Part shown: positions 23,820 to 25,417 of the stretch, piece by piece
Numbering within the stretch: position 1 is the first letter of the stretch
How the letters are laid out: each line of letters begins with the position of its first letter
Assembly: GCA_016302705.1 (NCBI GenBank)
Contig: JAEDNC010000001.1
Location: 1-25,417, forward strand
Length of the DNA stretch: 25,417 nucleotides
Direction of reading: 5' to 3'
Source of the DNA: Bacilli bacterium
Lineage (GTDB): Bacteria; Bacillota_I; Bacilli_A; RFN20; CAG-826
Translations under genes and position numbers: made by a program
Notes under the pieces: generated by a model
Databases searched by the model: none
What the model was told of the DNA's origin: nothing
The model's input: the letters and a program-made list of their open reading frames with translations, nothing else

Positions 23820-23842
23820 ACATAGAATACATCATTAGACTT

Positions 23843-25333
23843 ATGAAAAAAGAACCATTCAACAATCAAAAGTATCTGAAGATTCAACGAGAATCGATTT
23901 TAAAACGCATTGAGAAATTTGGAGATAAGCTCTACCTCGAATTCGGCGGTAAATTATTTGACGACTACCATGCGAGTAGAGTCTTGCCGGGCTTTAAAAG
24001 CGACTCCAAACTCCAAATGTTACTTGGCATTAAAAATAAAGTAGAAATGTTAATCGTTGTTAATGCGAATGATATTTCTTCAAATAAAGTTAGAAACGAC
24101 ACTTTAATTACATATCAAGAAGAAGTTGAAAGACTTATCGATACCTATCGAGAAGTTGGCTTATATGTTAGTAGTGTCGTTATTTCTTTTTATGAAAGTG
24201 GGATGTCCGTTGATAACTTCATTAAGAAGCTAGAAAATAACGGATTAAATGTCTACCGTCATTATAAGATTAATGGATATCCACATAATATCCCTCTTAT
24301 TCTTTCAGATGATGGATTGGGCAAAAATGAATACGTTAGAACCACTAAACCACTCGTGGTTGTTACCGCTCCTGGTCCTGGAAGTGGAAAGATGGCAACA
24401 TGTTTATCTCAACTTTATCACGAAAACAAAAATGGTGTTAGAGCAGGATATGCGAAATATGAAACATTCCCAGTGTGGAATTTGCCATTATCTCATCCAA
24501 TCAATCTTGCTTATGAAGCAGCCACAGTCGATTTAGCGGATGTTAATATGATTGATCCATTCCACTTAGAGACTTATGGAACTACCGCAGTTAACTATAA
24601 TCGTGATATTGAAGTTTTCCCATTACTTAAAAATATCTTTGAACATATTTATGGCACTTCTCCATATAACTCTCCAACAGATATGGGAGTTAATATGATT
24701 GGTTTTGCTATTGATGATGAAGAGAAAGTTAATAAAGCGTGTAATAAAGAAATCATTAGAAGATATTATCAAACTGAAAAGAACGTCTATCTTGGTCAAT
24801 TCAAAGATGAAACTATCACTAAGATGGATATGTTAATTAATAAGGCCGGAGTTCCTATCACCGCTAGAAAATGTGTTGATGCATGTTTAAAGGTTGCTGA
24901 AAAAGAAAACGAACCAGCAGTAGCAATTGAATTACCTAATGGTAAAATCATCACAGGCCATAGAAGCGCATTATTCGGAGCTTGTGCTGCTGCCTTATTA
25001 AACACTCTTAAGCACTTAGGAAAGATTGATAAAGACTTATATTTACTTATGCCTGCAGTGCTTGAACCAATTAAAGAACTCAAAACTAATTTCTTACATA
25101 GAAGTAACACTAGATTAAGAGCAGAAGAAGTTCTTGTTGCCTTATCAATTCAATCAAGAACTAATCCGTTAGCGGAACTTGCTATGAAGCAACTTCCTAA
25201 ACTTGTCGGATGCGAAGCTCATAGTAGTACAATTCTCTCTGAGGTTGACTTAGGTACCTTAACTAGATTAGGTATTAGAGTTACTGAAGAGCCAGTTTCT
25301 TATAAAAAGAAATTGTGGACAAATAACCAATAA
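23843..25333 (+). CDS. DUF1846 (UPF0371) family protein
   Basis: KLYLEFGGKLFDDYHASRVLPGF, VVVTAPGPGSGKMATCLSQLYHE, AGYAKYETFPVWNLP, NYNRDIEVFP, SPTDMGVNM. Start placed at ATG 23843, because the TTG at 23786 lies inside the upstream hairpin. Confidence 0.9.
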   Translation: MKKEPFNNQKYLKIQRESILKRIEKFGDKLYLEFGGKLFDDYHASRVLPGFKSDSKLQMLLGIKNKVEMLIVVNANDISSNKVRNDTLITYQEEVERLIDTYREVGLYVSSVVISFYESGMSVDNFIKKLENNGLNVYRHYKINGYPHNIPLILSDDGLGKNEYVRTTKPLVVVTAPGPGSGKMATCLSQLYHENKNGVRAGYAKYETFPVWNLPLSHPINLAYEAATVDLADVNMIDPFHLETYGTTAVNYNRDIEVFPLLKNIFEHIYGTSPYNSPTDMGVNMIGFAIDDEEKVNKACNKEIIRRYYQTEKNVYLGQFKDETITKMDMLINKAGVPITARKCVDACLKVAEKENEPAVAIELPNGKIITGHRSALFGACAAALLNTLKHLGKIDKDLYLLMPAVLEPIKELKTNFLHRSNTRLRAEEVLVALSIQSRTNPLAELAMKQLPKLVGCEAHSSTILSEVDLGTLTRLGIRVTEEPVSYKKKLWTNNQ

Positions 25334-25358
25334 GATCTTAGTAATGGGATCTTTTTTT
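25332..25358 (+). terminator. Probable intrinsic terminator after DUF1846
   Basis: AAGATCTTA-gtaa-TGGGATCTT stem (two G-U) followed by a T run, overlapping the stop codon. Confidence 0.6.
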
Positions 25359-25417
25359 CTTTATAAAGAAATATAGTGGTTGTTGCTCTATCAATTAATT
25401 GATACAATAGACATGTT

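Noticed and set aside
2917..23842. Longest-ORF starts at 2917, 12416, 14964, 21933 and 23786
   Set aside because: Downstream ATGs (2989, 12425, 14982, 21975, 23843) fit RBS spacing, signal peptides or family N-termini better.
1422..25110. Many 60-126-aa ORFs overlapping the main genes, antisense or in alternate frames (e.g. 10898-11278, 19502-19819, 24796-25110)
   Set aside because: They lie within well-supported genes and show no recognisable motifs. Such shadow ORFs are expected by chance.
1..25417. Mycoplasma genetic code (UGA = Trp)
   Set aside because: Long genes are intact under code 11 and the Trp codons checked are TGG, so nothing requires recoding. The absence of TGA stops means it cannot be strictly excluded.

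Overview
AT-rich bacterial DNA that reads with the standard genetic code (TGG for Trp, stops TAA/TAG). The lipoprotein-rich gene set, DUF1846 and Mollicutes-style ABC proteins suggest a reduced-genome, low-GC Bacilli/Mollicutes-related lineage (inference). The window is dominated by a ~21 kb co-directional cluster (949-21887, + strand) that looks like an extracellular nucleic-acid utilisation locus. In order it encodes an orphan RelB/DinJ-type protein, a 5'-nucleotidase-family lipoprotein, an endonuclease I/Bsn-type nuclease, two RDD-like membrane proteins, a 919-aa surface/membrane protein with a duplicated LRR-like module, a CUT1-type ABC importer (ATPase with a ~270-aa insertion, two permeases, two paralogous binding lipoproteins), a thermonuclease lipoprotein with OB-like repeats, a Zn-ribbon membrane protein, and an OB-like repeat lipoprotein with a near-perfect 414-bp tandem duplication, followed by a clear terminator. 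A divergent acyltransferase-3 gene, missed by the ORF track, runs off the left edge. To the right lie a tyrosine-phosphatase-family lipoprotein, a DJ-1/YajL-family gene and DUF1846. No RNA genes, CRISPR arrays or mobile elements were seen. All assignments come from reading motifs by eye, not from database searches.
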